Of a stretch of DNA of 64,000 nt, positions 36,061-46,681 are shown one piece after another (within the stretch, counting starts at the first letter, position 1; each line of letters starts with the position of its first letter). The DNA is from Neophaeotheca triangularis (Eukaryota), in NCBI GenBank assembly GCA_054600435.1, contig BAAIJX010000038.1, forward strand, positions 1 through 64,000, in the 5' to 3' direction. Both the position numbers and the translations under genes were made by a program. The notes under the pieces were generated by a model. The model did not search any database and was not told where the DNA came from. It was given only the letters and a program-made list of their open reading frames with translations.

Positions 36061-36863
36061 AAGGTACCTAACTTGTGGCCGAAGTTGAAGTGACCAAACT
36101 AAAGTGTCAGCGGACCATACTCCAGGTTTGCCAAGGCTTGGCAAAAATCCATCAGACCACCCCACTTTTGTCACCAGACCGGTCCGTTAACTTCTTTTTT
36201 AATACTTAAAAGGTAAGATTACTTCCTAGACTAGTTCCCATACCAGATATAAGCCTTATTTTCTATACTAGTTCCTATACTAGTTCCTATACCAGATAAG
36301 GTAGAGGTATTAGTAACTAGTTTTAAATCTAGTTACAAAACTAGTTAGAACATTAAAACTAGTTTTGTAACTAGATTCAAAACTAGATTTCTAATTACTT
36401 CCTCTACTACTACTACCTACCTACCTTTACTATATTAGAAAAGCTATGTTAGGCGTTTACCTAGTATAATAACTAAAGTACTTACCTAAAAACTAATTCC
36501 AAAACTAGTTTACTAACTAGTTTAGCTATCGATAGTGTTAGTATCTTGTCTTAGGATAAAACTAGTTTTAAAACTAGTTTGCTAACTAGTTTTAAAATTA
36601 AATAGGGTATAGAATCTAGTGTAGAATCTAGTATAGAATCTAGTATAGGAACTAGTATAAGTACTCGCGTATATAGATACTACAAAAAAAAACTTAGGAG
36701 ATATTTTACGGAAGACAAATGTAACGGACCTATCGACTTTTGTTATCAGACCGGTCCGGTGACGGTTTTTTTGTCTGTGCACTAGCGCCCGTTGTGGAAT
36801 AGGTCCGTTGACAATTAAGAATGGTCGGGTCACCGGTAGCCTCACCTAACTTTAAGTTACCTT
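36061..36863. mobile_element. Degenerate non-autonomous TIR/foldback (MITE-like) element with RIP-like core
   Basis: Nested inverted matches: 36105-36116/36802-36813 (11/12), 36170-36190/36743-36763 (18/21) and 36264-36283/36640-36659 (20/20). TpA-rich core of ACTAGT subrepeats. Ends are approximate. Confidence 0.65.
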
Positions 36864-37109
36864 AACGTTGCCTGGTATTGATTCGGTTATCTTATCTTTG
36901 TACCTGAGCTCGGATCACATCACTTTACGCGACTCTTCGCGCGTCAAGCTCTCCTCCCTCTCCATATCTCTCTCCCGTTTCTCTCTCTCTCTAGCCTCTC
37001 CCTCTCCCGCGACAGACCCCTAATACGTCCAACAATACCCTCCCTCCCTCCCTCCAAAGTACACGCGCCTGCCATCACTCAGATTGTCCCCTTTGTAACC
37101 ACCAACAAC

Positions 37110-38714
37110 ATGGCGGAAGAAGATTGGGAATCCGTCGGCGACGAGGCTGGTGTCGATGACCAAGACCTCGAAGAGCTCAAGGCGCAAGTGGACGAATGGT
37201 CGGCAGACAGCAAGGAAACCCTCCACCTCGAGATTCACGATGGGCAAAACGAAGTTCTACAAGTCTTTCACCCAGAGTGGACATACCCCATCTTTGGCGA
37301 TGAGGAGGCCATCTTCGGCTACCAGGGTCTGGACATGCAACTCTCCTTCGCAAGCCACAACTTGGAACCGAGACTGCGCGTCAAGTACGACAAGAAGTTC
37401 GAGCAACAAGGCGACGTCGCGGCTACAGATGTTGAAGAATTGATGAGGGACTTTCTACCACCCGTCGCGTACGAAAAAACACCAAGAAACTCGCAAGACG
37501 CCTACAAATGGAGTCCCCCGGGGGAGCAACTCCACAGCTACACCAAAGACGACGTCAACTACGAGATCTGGTGTGCTTCTCTTTCAGACCAGTCCGCGCG
37601 CCAGATCCTTGAAAACGTCCAAATCCTCGTTCCCCTCTTTATCGAAGGCGGGTCTGCGCTGGAGCTGGACAACGAAGCGACAACCAAACGCTGGAAAATC
37701 TACCTCCTTTATGCAAACTACAACAATTCCTCCGCCTCCAACCCGACTCTCTCCCAGTACGAACTGACCGGCTACGCGACAAGCTACCGCGTCTTCACCT
37801 TCCCCTCCCGCGAAAACCCCTCCCAGACCGATCTCGATCTTTTCCTCCCCACGACCCAAGGTATAGACGAATTTCTCCCAACCAACGAGACCACACCAAC
37901 CAAAGACTCCTCCGCCCTGGCCACCCCACTCGACCTACCCTCCCGCGAACGACTTTCCCAATTCCTCATCCTCCCACCCCACCACAAACAAGGCCACGGC
38001 TTCCAACTCTACAAAACCATGCACGCCCATCTGACCTCCCCCAACAACATCCGCGAGCTCACCATCGAAGACCCAAACGAAGAATTCGACAACCTCCGCG
38101 ACCTCTCCGACCTCTACCTCCTCCGCCGCACTCCTGTCTTCCAGTCCCTAACCCTCAACCCCGATATTCTTCCCACCCTCCTAACTTCGACCTCCCCAAT
38201 CCCCACCGACACCATCATTCCCCTCGCCCCGCGGCAAACCCTCCTCCAAACCTCCAAAATCGAACAACGCCAACTCGACCGCCTTATCGAAGCCCAGACC
38301 CTGTCATCCATCCCGCACACCCACCGTAACCGAAACCGCCTCACTCGCAAAGAAAAGTCCACCAACGTCGAAGACCGTAAATACTTCCTCTGGAGGCTGT
38401 ACGTGAAGAAACGACTATACCTTTTCAATCGCGACCAGCTCGTGCAAGCGGACTTGAGCGAGCGGGTGGAGAAGTTGGAAGCGGCGGTTGATGGCGTGCA
38501 GGAGGGCTATGTGGCTTTGCTTGAGAAGGTGGAGATGATGGAGGAACGGGAGGGGGTTGCGGAGGGAAGTAGTGGCGGGAGTGGGAGTGCTAGTGCCAGG
38601 GGAAAGAGGAAGAGGGTTGTTATTGATGACGAGGATGGGGAAGGCGAGGATGACGGGGGAGATGCCAAGGTTGGTGCGGTCAATGGGCGTGGGGAGAAGA
38701 GGGTGAGGAGTTGA
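37110..38714 (+). CDS. HAT1: Histone acetyltransferase type B catalytic subunit
   Basis: Motifs FHPEWTYPIFGDEEAIFGYQGL, LFIEGG, RERLSQFLILPPHHKQGHG and TIEDPNEEFDNLRD. Confidence 0.96.
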   Translation: MAEEDWESVGDEAGVDDQDLEELKAQVDEWSADSKETLHLEIHDGQNEVLQVFHPEWTYPIFGDEEAIFGYQGLDMQLSFASHNLEPRLRVKYDKKFEQQGDVAATDVEELMRDFLPPVAYEKTPRNSQDAYKWSPPGEQLHSYTKDDVNYEIWCASLSDQSARQILENVQILVPLFIEGGSALELDNEATTKRWKIYLLYANYNNSSASNPTLSQYELTGYATSYRVFTFPSRENPSQTDLDLFLPTTQGIDEFLPTNETTPTKDSSALATPLDLPSRERLSQFLILPPHHKQGHGFQLYKTMHAHLTSPNNIRELTIEDPNEEFDNLRDLSDLYLLRRTPVFQSLTLNPDILPTLLTSTSPIPTDTIIPLAPRQTLLQTSKIEQRQLDRLIEAQTLSSIPHTHRNRNRLTRKEKSTNVEDRKYFLWRLYVKKRLYLFNRDQLVQADLSERVEKLEAAVDGVQEGYVALLEKVEMMEEREGVAEGSSGGSGSASARGKRKRVVIDDEDGEGEDDGGDAKVGAVNGRGEKRVRS

Positions 38715-39409
38715 GTACCAGTACTCTCTTACGAGAAAATCTGGGAGCGCAAAGATTGTAACAACACCCTCGGGATCCTGAGTGGATTTTGAAACAGCGA
38801 GGCGCTCTGACATCTTGTGCAGTCGCTGGAGCTTGGGTTTCAATACCCGCATAACCAGATCAGAAGACAGAGAAAAGCCAGCTCTGAACAACACCCACAA
38901 ACATAGCTATACCAAGCCATTGCCATTGTCTCATGACCACACCGACAACGAGTCCCTCAAAAATTTCGGCAATAACATAGCGTAGAGAAATGACATGTAG
39001 ATTTGTGAAACTCGTGTCCGCTCTCGCTTACTTGTCCGTTCATGTATATGTAGGTACCTTATACTGTAGACGAAGGGCTCCACGCGCGCCCTTTTCGTAA
39101 CTCCTTCCACTCGGTCCAGTCTCGCTGATTGGAGTGAATAGGCAGCCGAAAACTTTGCAGTCCGAGACAGGTAATGGGGTGGGAAGAAGCACTTCACACA
39201 TTTCGCGCTCAAACTCAAAGAGCCGTAAGAGCAGCTGCAAAGAAATCACGCAACCGTTTACGGGGGAAAAAGCGCTGCAGGAGCGAAAACGGAACGCCTT
39301 TGCTTCGTACATACCTACGTAGATACTACGAATCCAACTCCACATGCTACCAACATCCCTCACCCGTTCCTTTCTCCTCTCCGTCCACCGCCTTGGCCTT
39401 ATTTGGTGT

Positions 39410-41497
39410 TTACTTGCCACTCTCCCTCACCCCCCTCAGAACCCCGGCATACCCCTCCCTAACGCCCTCACTCCAATGAGCCCTAACCAACTCCCCCTCC
39501 CACAGACTCGCAGCCCCGACATTCCCCGCCTCGACCCCGGGCGCCAGCGGATCCCAAACCCCATCCCCCTTGCGCTCCTCGGAATTCCACAAGTACGAGA
39601 TCTTACTGCCGTGGACTTTTGAGACTTGTTGGAGGAGTGCCATGACCGCTGTGCTGGTTTTGGGCGGTAAGTGGAGGGAGCAGGTCAGGAGTTGCTTTGT
39701 GAAAGCCGCGATGCGGGAGGGAGGGACTGAGCGGGTGTTTTTGGCTGGGAGGAGGACGGCGTGGAGGCTGCGGAGGAGGAGGACGGAGGTTGTGGCGACG
39801 TTGACGACGGTTGCGGAAGCGGGGTTTTGGGTGGTGGGTGTAGGGAGGTCGTTGGGGTCGCGGAGGTGGGAGGTCTTTTTGGAGGAGAGCTCGATGTCTG
39901 GGTCGAGTGAGAGGGGCAGTAGCAGCCGGTAGAGGTGAGTTGTGAAGAAGTGGAGGTCGAGGCCGAGAGCGGGGGCGGATTTGGTCACGAGGGTTTCTTG
40001 ACCTTGGAGGAGTGCAAAGGCTGTGGTTATGCAGAGGAGGGTTTCGCGGGTTGCGTTGCGTTTGGTTTCAGTTGAGAGGGTCGGGTCGGTTTCCTCTTCG
40101 TCGTCTGAGGGTACGGGATCGTCGAAGGCTGTGGTGTTGCTGGTTTCCGGGTCATGGATGTGGGTTTCGGCGTCATTGATGAGGTCTTTGAGCGCTTCGA
40201 GGATGTCGCCGAAGAAGTCTTGGTTGATGAGGTGGGAGTAGCGGGCTAGACCTTCGAGGACGGCACCCATGAGGTTGGGCACGCGCGCTTTGAGGATGCG
40301 GAAGTAGGCTACGAAGACGAGTTTGAGCGTATCTGCTTGGTTCTTGTCACGTTCTTCGTAGCTGACTGTTGCGTCGGCCGCTTGCATTTCCTTTTCTACT
40401 GCTTTTCGCTCGCGCATCACTTTCCGCTCTCGCTTGGTACGAAATTCGCGTTGCTTCTTCGACACCTTTTTGTCGGCGGGAGCTTCGTCGTCGGGTTTGT
40501 CGATGCGGTTTGTTGAGGCTTTATGCGCAAACTCCGAAAGCAGGCGGAGGTGTAAGAAGGTGTTTAACACGTTTTCGTGGACATGGTAGTTCTTAGTCTT
40601 CATCATTTTCGTGATCTGCGAGACTGCTTCCAGTGAGGAGTGTCCATCTTCGTCTTCTCGGAAGAGCTGCTCGAGGGTTTCGATACATTTCTGCGCGTTC
40701 GCACCGAGATGTCGGGCACCCAGTTTGCCAACCATCAAAGAAATGAGATCGTTACGGCAGTTGAAATGCGGCACGCTTGTCAATAGGTTGCAAGCGCAGG
40801 CTGTCGCGACTGTTGCAAGGCTGGCAGCCTGTTCTGATCCAGACTTGTTGGCAGTTTTCCGAAGATCTTGCACGTAATCCTTGAAGCCACCTAAGAGCGA
40901 CTGCTCGAAGTTTCGTAGTTTGCGTACATCCTTGGAGAGCTTTGCTGTCATGTCATCTTTGGAAAGCGGTCGGATACGGTAGCCAGGGATAATGTCTTTG
41001 TACACGCTCAATTGCGTACCCAGAGCCAGCTTCTTTACAGTTGCGTTCTTGGAGGCAGCCATCTCCGCCAGTCCTCCTAGCAGTCCGATATGCTCTTCCG
41101 GTCCCTCGCTGATCAAACCAGCTATGCGCGCCAACTCCTCCTTGGCCTGCCGTATTTCTTCCTTTGGCGATAGCTTTGGCTTTTCTTCTTTCACCTCTTG
41201 CTGGACATCTGCAACACCGCTGTCCTTCTCGTCTCCGCTGTCGAGGAAGCTGTCATTGTCCTCGCCGTCTACGCCGTCTTCAGCAGCAGCAGGCTCAGGG
41301 TCGACTGGAGCTTCCTCTATAATACCGCTCTGGTGTTTTATTGGCAGTTTCTTGTGCTTTTCATCCTTTTTGCCTTTTCGCGGTCGGTTCTCGTAGTCCT
41401 GCTCCAGATTCCATTTGGTGAAGCCGGGTGTGGCATTGTCGCCGCCGTCTCCTGGAGGGCTCAACCTTCGTTTTTTCACCGCTGGTTCGCGGGCCAT
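39410..41497 (-). CDS. NOC3: Nucleolar complex protein Noc3
   Basis: Motifs VYKDIIPGYRIRPL, VPHFNCR and VLEGLARYSHLINQDFFGD; likely start MAREP at 41497. Confidence 0.95.
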   Translation of the reverse strand: MAREPAVKKRRLSPPGDGGDNATPGFTKWNLEQDYENRPRKGKKDEKHKKLPIKHQSGIIEEAPVDPEPAAAEDGVDGEDNDSFLDSGDEKDSGVADVQQEVKEEKPKLSPKEEIRQAKEELARIAGLISEGPEEHIGLLGGLAEMAASKNATVKKLALGTQLSVYKDIIPGYRIRPLSKDDMTAKLSKDVRKLRNFEQSLLGGFKDYVQDLRKTANKSGSEQAASLATVATACACNLLTSVPHFNCRNDLISLMVGKLGARHLGANAQKCIETLEQLFREDEDGHSSLEAVSQITKMMKTKNYHVHENVLNTFLHLRLLSEFAHKASTNRIDKPDDEAPADKKVSKKQREFRTKRERKVMRERKAVEKEMQAADATVSYEERDKNQADTLKLVFVAYFRILKARVPNLMGAVLEGLARYSHLINQDFFGDILEALKDLINDAETHIHDPETSNTTAFDDPVPSDDEEETDPTLSTETKRNATRETLLCITTAFALLQGQETLVTKSAPALGLDLHFFTTHLYRLLLPLSLDPDIELSSKKTSHLRDPNDLPTPTTQNPASATVVNVATTSVLLLRSLHAVLLPAKNTRSVPPSRIAAFTKQLLTCSLHLPPKTSTAVMALLQQVSKVHGSKISYLWNSEERKGDGVWDPLAPGVEAGNVGAASLWEGELVRAHWSEGVREGYAGVLRGVRESGK

Positions 41498-41711
41498 TTT
41501 CTCGATATATTGTATAATTGTGTAGGGATGTAGAAGAAGTCGAGCAATCTTCACATGCACCAAAAAAGCTCGAAGCTTGCTCGAAATCTTGGCATGGAAT
41601 TTTCGGACCTCGAGAGCTCCTCTTCCGATCTCCCTTCCCTCACTCCCACCTTCAACCTTTTAACAACAATCCTACATCTTTCGCCATATTCGCCGTAGAG
41701 CTTCAACCAAG

Positions 41712-42359
41712 ATGCGCCAACTCACAGACACGGAAACGAAGACTCTCTTCGAAAAGCTGGCAAACTACACAGGCCGCTCCCTCAACAACCTCCTCACCGA
41801 CACGGCTCCCTCAACCACACCCAACGCCAAACCAGACCGCTACGTATTCCGTGTGCAAAAAGATCGCGTTTACTACGTGCGCGAATCCCTCGCCAATCTC
41901 GCAACCTCCGTCGCCCGCGACAGCCTGCTTTCCCTCGGCACATGTCTGGGAAAATTCACCAAGACGGGCAAGTTCCGCATGCACGTCACGGCGCTAGATG
42001 TTATTGCGCCGCACGCTCGGTATAAGGTGTGGGTGAAGCAGAATGGCGAGATGCCGTTTTTGTACGGTGGACATGTTGTCAAGGCGCATGTGGGGAGGTG
42101 GAGTGAGGATTGTCCTGAGCACCAGGGAGTTGTGGTTTTGAGCATGAATGATACGCCTTTGGTGAGTACATTCTGCAGGAAATAACTGGACGATTGAGTC
42201 GTTGGATAACGCCAGTCGCTAACTTTTGCGCAGGGCTTTGGCGTTACTGCCCGCTCGACTGCTGAGTCTCGCAGACTGGACCCTACCGGAATCGTCACTT
42301 TCCGCCAGGCAGACATTGGAGAATATTTGCGCGAGGAGGACACGCTATTCACGACATAG
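41712..42359 (+). CDS. NIP7: 60S ribosome subunit biogenesis protein Nip7
   Basis: [47 protein letters not shown]; intron 42162-42233; last exon GFGVTARST...[19 protein letters not shown]. Confidence 0.97.
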
Positions 42360-43054
42360 ACTGGAACGACTGGTGTCTTCGAATGCTGTAAGACATGCTG
42401 CAGGTACGCGAAAGAAACAGGCATCAAGATTGCAGGGCGGAGGGTGAATGTGCGTTGAATAAAAACCAACGAGACGCGGACCGTCACAAGCCCCAAACAG
42501 ACCTTTTTCGGCATCAGCAAGGAGTAAAGCCACAGATTTCTTTCGGTGGAAGTTGTTGTGACGGACCGCCTGTTACGCCGTACGCCGCACGCCTTACCAC
42601 GGTGGGCTTCTGCTTGGTCGCCATTGCGCACGATATCGAACGGCGCGAAAACGACGCTTTGAAGGTTAGGACTGTAGCAAGAATATCACGGGGCGAAAGA
42701 TCAAATCGCAGGCCAAGGCGACCGCATGACCGGTTAAAGTCGTCGGCAATCGAAAGCTTCTTTTAGCCGCATGCCATCATCTCGCGGACAAATCCACCGG
42801 GGATACCGGTGGGCACGTTGGTCCATTCGAACAAAACCCCGCCGTGGGGTCGTTTTCCATGGGAGGTCTCCTCGTCGTGGCTGGCGCTAGATCAAGAGCC
42901 TTGTATATTATATATTAGAAAAAGGCTCCAAGTCTCCATTACCTGGACATTTCCTCGGCATCTGTTTTCCTTTCCCAATGACTTCCACCACGCATTGAAT
43001 TCAACGACACGCTTCCGTTACAAGCACACTTCTACTGACCACATCAGTCCAACC

Positions 43055-43792
43055 ATGCCAGTCTATTGCATCACAGGCGCCAATCGTGGCCTCGGCCTCG
43101 AACTGGTCCGCCAACTATCCACAAACACCGACAACACCATCCTCGCCTGCGTGCGCTCCTCCACCACCGACCTCACCGACCTCAAAGCCGCCACTTCCCC
43201 CACCAACAAAACCGTCCACATTCTCGAATGCGACATCACCAACCGCTCGAGCATCCAGGACCTCGCCACCCAAGCGCAAAACCTCCTCCCCGCGGACTCA
43301 AAAATCACCCACCTCCTCGCCAACGCCGGCGTCAACAGCGTCCCGCACCAAAACAGCCTCGACCTCCAAGCCAGCGACATGCACCACGAAATCGACGTCA
43401 ACGTCCTCGGCCCGCAACAAATCACCTCCATCCTTCTAGCAGCCGGTCTCCTGGCCCAGGACGTGCGAATCATGAACACGACCTCCGGCCTCGGCAGCAT
43501 GAAGCTCTCCCTCTCCATCTCGCCGCGAAAGTGCGCGACGTATAGTCTCAGCAAAGCGGCGTTGAATATGCTGACTGTGCACCAGAGCGGGGATGTCAGG
43601 GACAAGGGGGGATTGCAGGGGGCGGTGGTGGTTTGTATGGATCCCGGGTGGGTTAGGACGAGGATGGGCGGGGAAGCGGCGGCGCTTAGTCCCGAGGAGA
43701 GCGTTGGGGGGATTCTGAAGTGTTTGCATGGGTTGCGGGAGGCGGATAATGGGAAGTTCTTTACTTATACTGGGGAGGAGATGGGGTGGTGA
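43055..43792 (+). CDS. Short-chain dehydrogenase/reductase (C-factor/CsgA-like)
   Basis: Motifs ITGANRGLG, NAG, YSLSKAALNM and DPGWVRTRMGG. Confidence 0.92.
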   Translation: MPVYCITGANRGLGLELVRQLSTNTDNTILACVRSSTTDLTDLKAATSPTNKTVHILECDITNRSSIQDLATQAQNLLPADSKITHLLANAGVNSVPHQNSLDLQASDMHHEIDVNVLGPQQITSILLAAGLLAQDVRIMNTTSGLGSMKLSLSISPRKCATYSLSKAALNMLTVHQSGDVRDKGGLQGAVVVCMDPGWVRTRMGGEAAALSPEESVGGILKCLHGLREADNGKFFTYTGEEMGW

Positions 43793-44043
43793 TGTCTAGT
43801 CGAATGGGGTTGCTTAGAGGCTTTGTGGGTTGCTTGGTTGTCGGCTCTTGGGGACTGTTGTTGCTCTTCTTTCTTGGGGTGTGGCATTGCTAAATGTCCA
43901 GCAAATGACTTTTCTGCCTGAGACCTCAAAGCTTCACTCGTCCAGCATCAGCGCTAGCCGCCCCTCTTTAAAGTAACAGAAATCCCTCACCACCACCTCT
44001 CCTTTCGCTGTCCGATAACACCCCTCTCACGCCCTCAAACCCA

Positions 44044-45972
44044 TCACCCCGGTCTCCTAAAAGGATGCGCCTCAGTATTCAACACCCACTCATCCAAACT
44101 CACGACGCCGGGCTCCTCGAAACACAACCAAAAATACTTCAAAGTCTCGGCAGTCCAAAAACTCTCCATAGAATCCAATAAGCCCACTTCCTCGCCACGC
44201 CCGCCATGGCTCTCACTTCCACTCCCACTCCCACCTCTCCCACCAGCCTCATTCGCGTCCCTCACATCCCTCACCCCGGCGAAAGCGATACCAGTCTTGG
44301 TTCGGGACACGATGGTTTCGAAAATCTCCCAGGCGCGGTCTTGCCAGTATCGTTCGCCGGTTACGCGGTACAGGACGAAGAGGCTTTCGATGGTTTCCGG
44401 GCGGAGCAAGTACCGCGGGTCGGGGATGGAAGTGAAACCGGGCGGGAGGCGCTCGGTCTCGATTCTCGCGAGGATTTCCTCTGGCGGGAGGGGGGTTTGG
44501 TGGAGGAGGGGAGTGTGGGGGTAGGGCGAGCCGTTGTTGCTGTTGGATGTCTGGACGTGGGTGGAGATGGCCGAGTGCCATTTTTCTGAGCTCCAGAGGC
44601 AATTGTCGTCTGAGGAGGAAGGGGATAGGGAGGAAGGATTGCAAGGTGCAAAAGTGAAGATTTCGGGCATGATGCCTGTGGGCAGGCTTTGGTAGGCCCA
44701 GACGCAGCCGTCGGTGAGTTGACGAGCGGTTTCTACGTCTTCGGGGCGGGAAAAGGTTTTGGCGGCTATGGCTACCATGCCGCCCGCGAAACAGGCGAGG
44801 TGTTGGGCTTCGGGTTGGTGGCGGATGTTGGTTGCGGAGTTGCGCAAGGTTTTGCCTGGGAGGAGGAGAGAGCGGTTTTCCTCGTTCAAAGGGCGGAAGA
44901 AGAGGTTTTTCTTGGCGGTTGAGAGGAAGGTGGTGTACATTGACTCGTACTGCGGGTTGAGGCCGGAGAGGAGGAGGTGGGCTTTTGGGAGATATTCATA
45001 GGTGCTGTCGGCCATGGCGCCGAGGCTGAAGGTGCGGTCTTTGGTGAAGTCGGCATTGAGGGCGTCGAGGACTGTAGGCCAGAGGCCTGGGATTTTGGTG
45101 TGGTTTTGTTGGGCATCGAGGAAGTCGGTTATGCGTGCGACGGCATCGTAGTATTTTGGGTCTCCAGTAAGTTGGGTCAGGCGCGTGAACTCTAGGGTTA
45201 AAGAGCCGATTTCGGCGAGGAGGGAGCGTTGGTTGGCTGTTTGAGGGATGCCTTGAGCGGCGGAGCGCCAGTCCCACCTGGTGACTGGGAGCCGGTTGGG
45301 CGTGTCAAAAGCTACGTAGAGCATTTCGCCTAGCTCGATGGCTTTGTCCAAGAGTTCATGGTAGACTTGTCCGCTGAGGTCGTAGGCGCTCAGCAGACCG
45401 CCTAGGTATCTGATGGTCGTCTCGAAGACGTTCAAAGAGCTCAGATCGGTTATTGTGAAGTCAATGTGCTTGAGAGAATGTACAGCCATTACAAACTCCT
45501 TTTTCAACCCCATAATCCAAAGGGTATCCAACGTATCCACCAATGTTGCCCCCCAGCCACCAAAGGTATTCTTGACCTTGCCCGAAATGGGCGCTACTTC
45601 ATCTTGCAACCAGGCATGCTTCTTGTATCCCTCCCAACTGTGCATGAAAGCCTCCTTTACGGCTCTTAGCCTGCGCTGTCTTTCGGCTTTGCGCTCTTCC
45701 GATTCTGGCTCAAAGTCATGTTGGATCTTGGGAATCGGGGTTGGCGCACCCGTAGGAAGAGACGTGAAGCTATCGACTGGATAGTGCTGGGGTAAGTCTT
45801 TCCACTTGAAGCCCCGGGGAAGGTCTGGCTTGGGGCGTGTTCGATAGTGGGCTCGGTGTACTGGATGTGTAGCTGGTGAAGGAGTGGTAGTGTTCAAATA
45901 ATAGACAAGACTAAAGAGCGATACGAGGAGTACAAGTGGAAAGAAGGAGGAACGGCGGAAAAGGAGAGGCAT
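44044..45972 (-). CDS. GH47 class I alpha-1,2-mannosidase (type II membrane anchor)
   Basis: N-terminal TM; motifs GWGATLVDTLDTL, FETTIRYLGGLLSAY, ADSTYEY, HLACFAGG, LRPETIES, ESFWTAETLKY and NTEAHP. Confidence 0.95.
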   Translation of the reverse strand: MPLLFRRSSFFPLVLLVSLFSLVYYLNTTTPSPATHPVHRAHYRTRPKPDLPRGFKWKDLPQHYPVDSFTSLPTGAPTPIPKIQHDFEPESEERKAERQRRLRAVKEAFMHSWEGYKKHAWLQDEVAPISGKVKNTFGGWGATLVDTLDTLWIMGLKKEFVMAVHSLKHIDFTITDLSSLNVFETTIRYLGGLLSAYDLSGQVYHELLDKAIELGEMLYVAFDTPNRLPVTRWDWRSAAQGIPQTANQRSLLAEIGSLTLEFTRLTQLTGDPKYYDAVARITDFLDAQQNHTKIPGLWPTVLDALNADFTKDRTFSLGAMADSTYEYLPKAHLLLSGLNPQYESMYTTFLSTAKKNLFFRPLNEENRSLLLPGKTLRNSATNIRHQPEAQHLACFAGGMVAIAAKTFSRPEDVETARQLTDGCVWAYQSLPTGIMPEIFTFAPCNPSSLSPSSSDDNCLWSSEKWHSAISTHVQTSNSNNGSPYPHTPLLHQTPLPPEEILARIETERLPPGFTSIPDPRYLLRPETIESLFVLYRVTGERYWQDRAWEIFETIVSRTKTGIAFAGVRDVRDANEAGGRGGSGSGSESHGGRGEEVGLLDSMESFWTAETLKYFWLCFEEPGVVSLDEWVLNTEAHPFRRPG

Positions 45973-46189
45973 GCCTTTGTTAGGGCGTGTGGATGGTAAG
46001 GTAAGGTAGGTAGGTCGAGACCTGTAACTAACGTTATACAATATTAATATACCCGTGAGGTACTTGAACCTTGGCTTGGATAAGGTAGGTATATACGACC
46101 GTCCTGGCCTGCAGGTCCAGTGGAGTGTAGAATGTGGATAACTACCTAGGGATGTATATATATACAGTACGCGGTGCTGCATGAAGGGG

Positions 46190-46324
46190 TACCTTACCTA
46201 CTTGTAGGTACTAGTACCTACAACTAGTACCTACAAGTAGGTAAGGTAAGGTAGTAGACTCGGTCAACAGACAGTAGTACTAGTACCACTACCTACACTA
46301 CCTACAAGTAGGTAAGGTAAGGTA
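46190..46324. repeat. Perfect 26-bp inverted repeat plus duplicated GGTAA/TACCT-rich unit in a divergent promoter
   Basis: 46190-46215 is the reverse complement of 46223-46248 (7-nt loop). TACCTACAAGTAGGTAAGGTAAGGTA recurs at ~46299-46324. Confidence 0.8.
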
Positions 46325-46681
46325 AGCTAAGGTACTACTAGTAGTACATAGTACATAGTACTTAGTGTTTGAGAATCTCCATCGTCTTGATTGATGCAAG
46401 TACTGTAGCTGCTTCCATAACTTGTGAAATGTACAATCTATGCATTCATTGGCCCGTTTGAGTATAGCGTCCTCGACTAGTCAGGAACATAAAGTACAGT
46501 ACTAGTAGATAACAACACTCCTAAGTAAGGTACATAGGTAGTACTTACATACCAGAATACCTTGGTTGGAACATTACATGCGTCCGAATGGGAGTTTGAT
46601 CGAGAATTCACAAGAGTTGGAGACATATTCGGCACTCGTTGATGGCCGCGTCAATCATTTCCATCAGTTGAAAAGGCCGCC

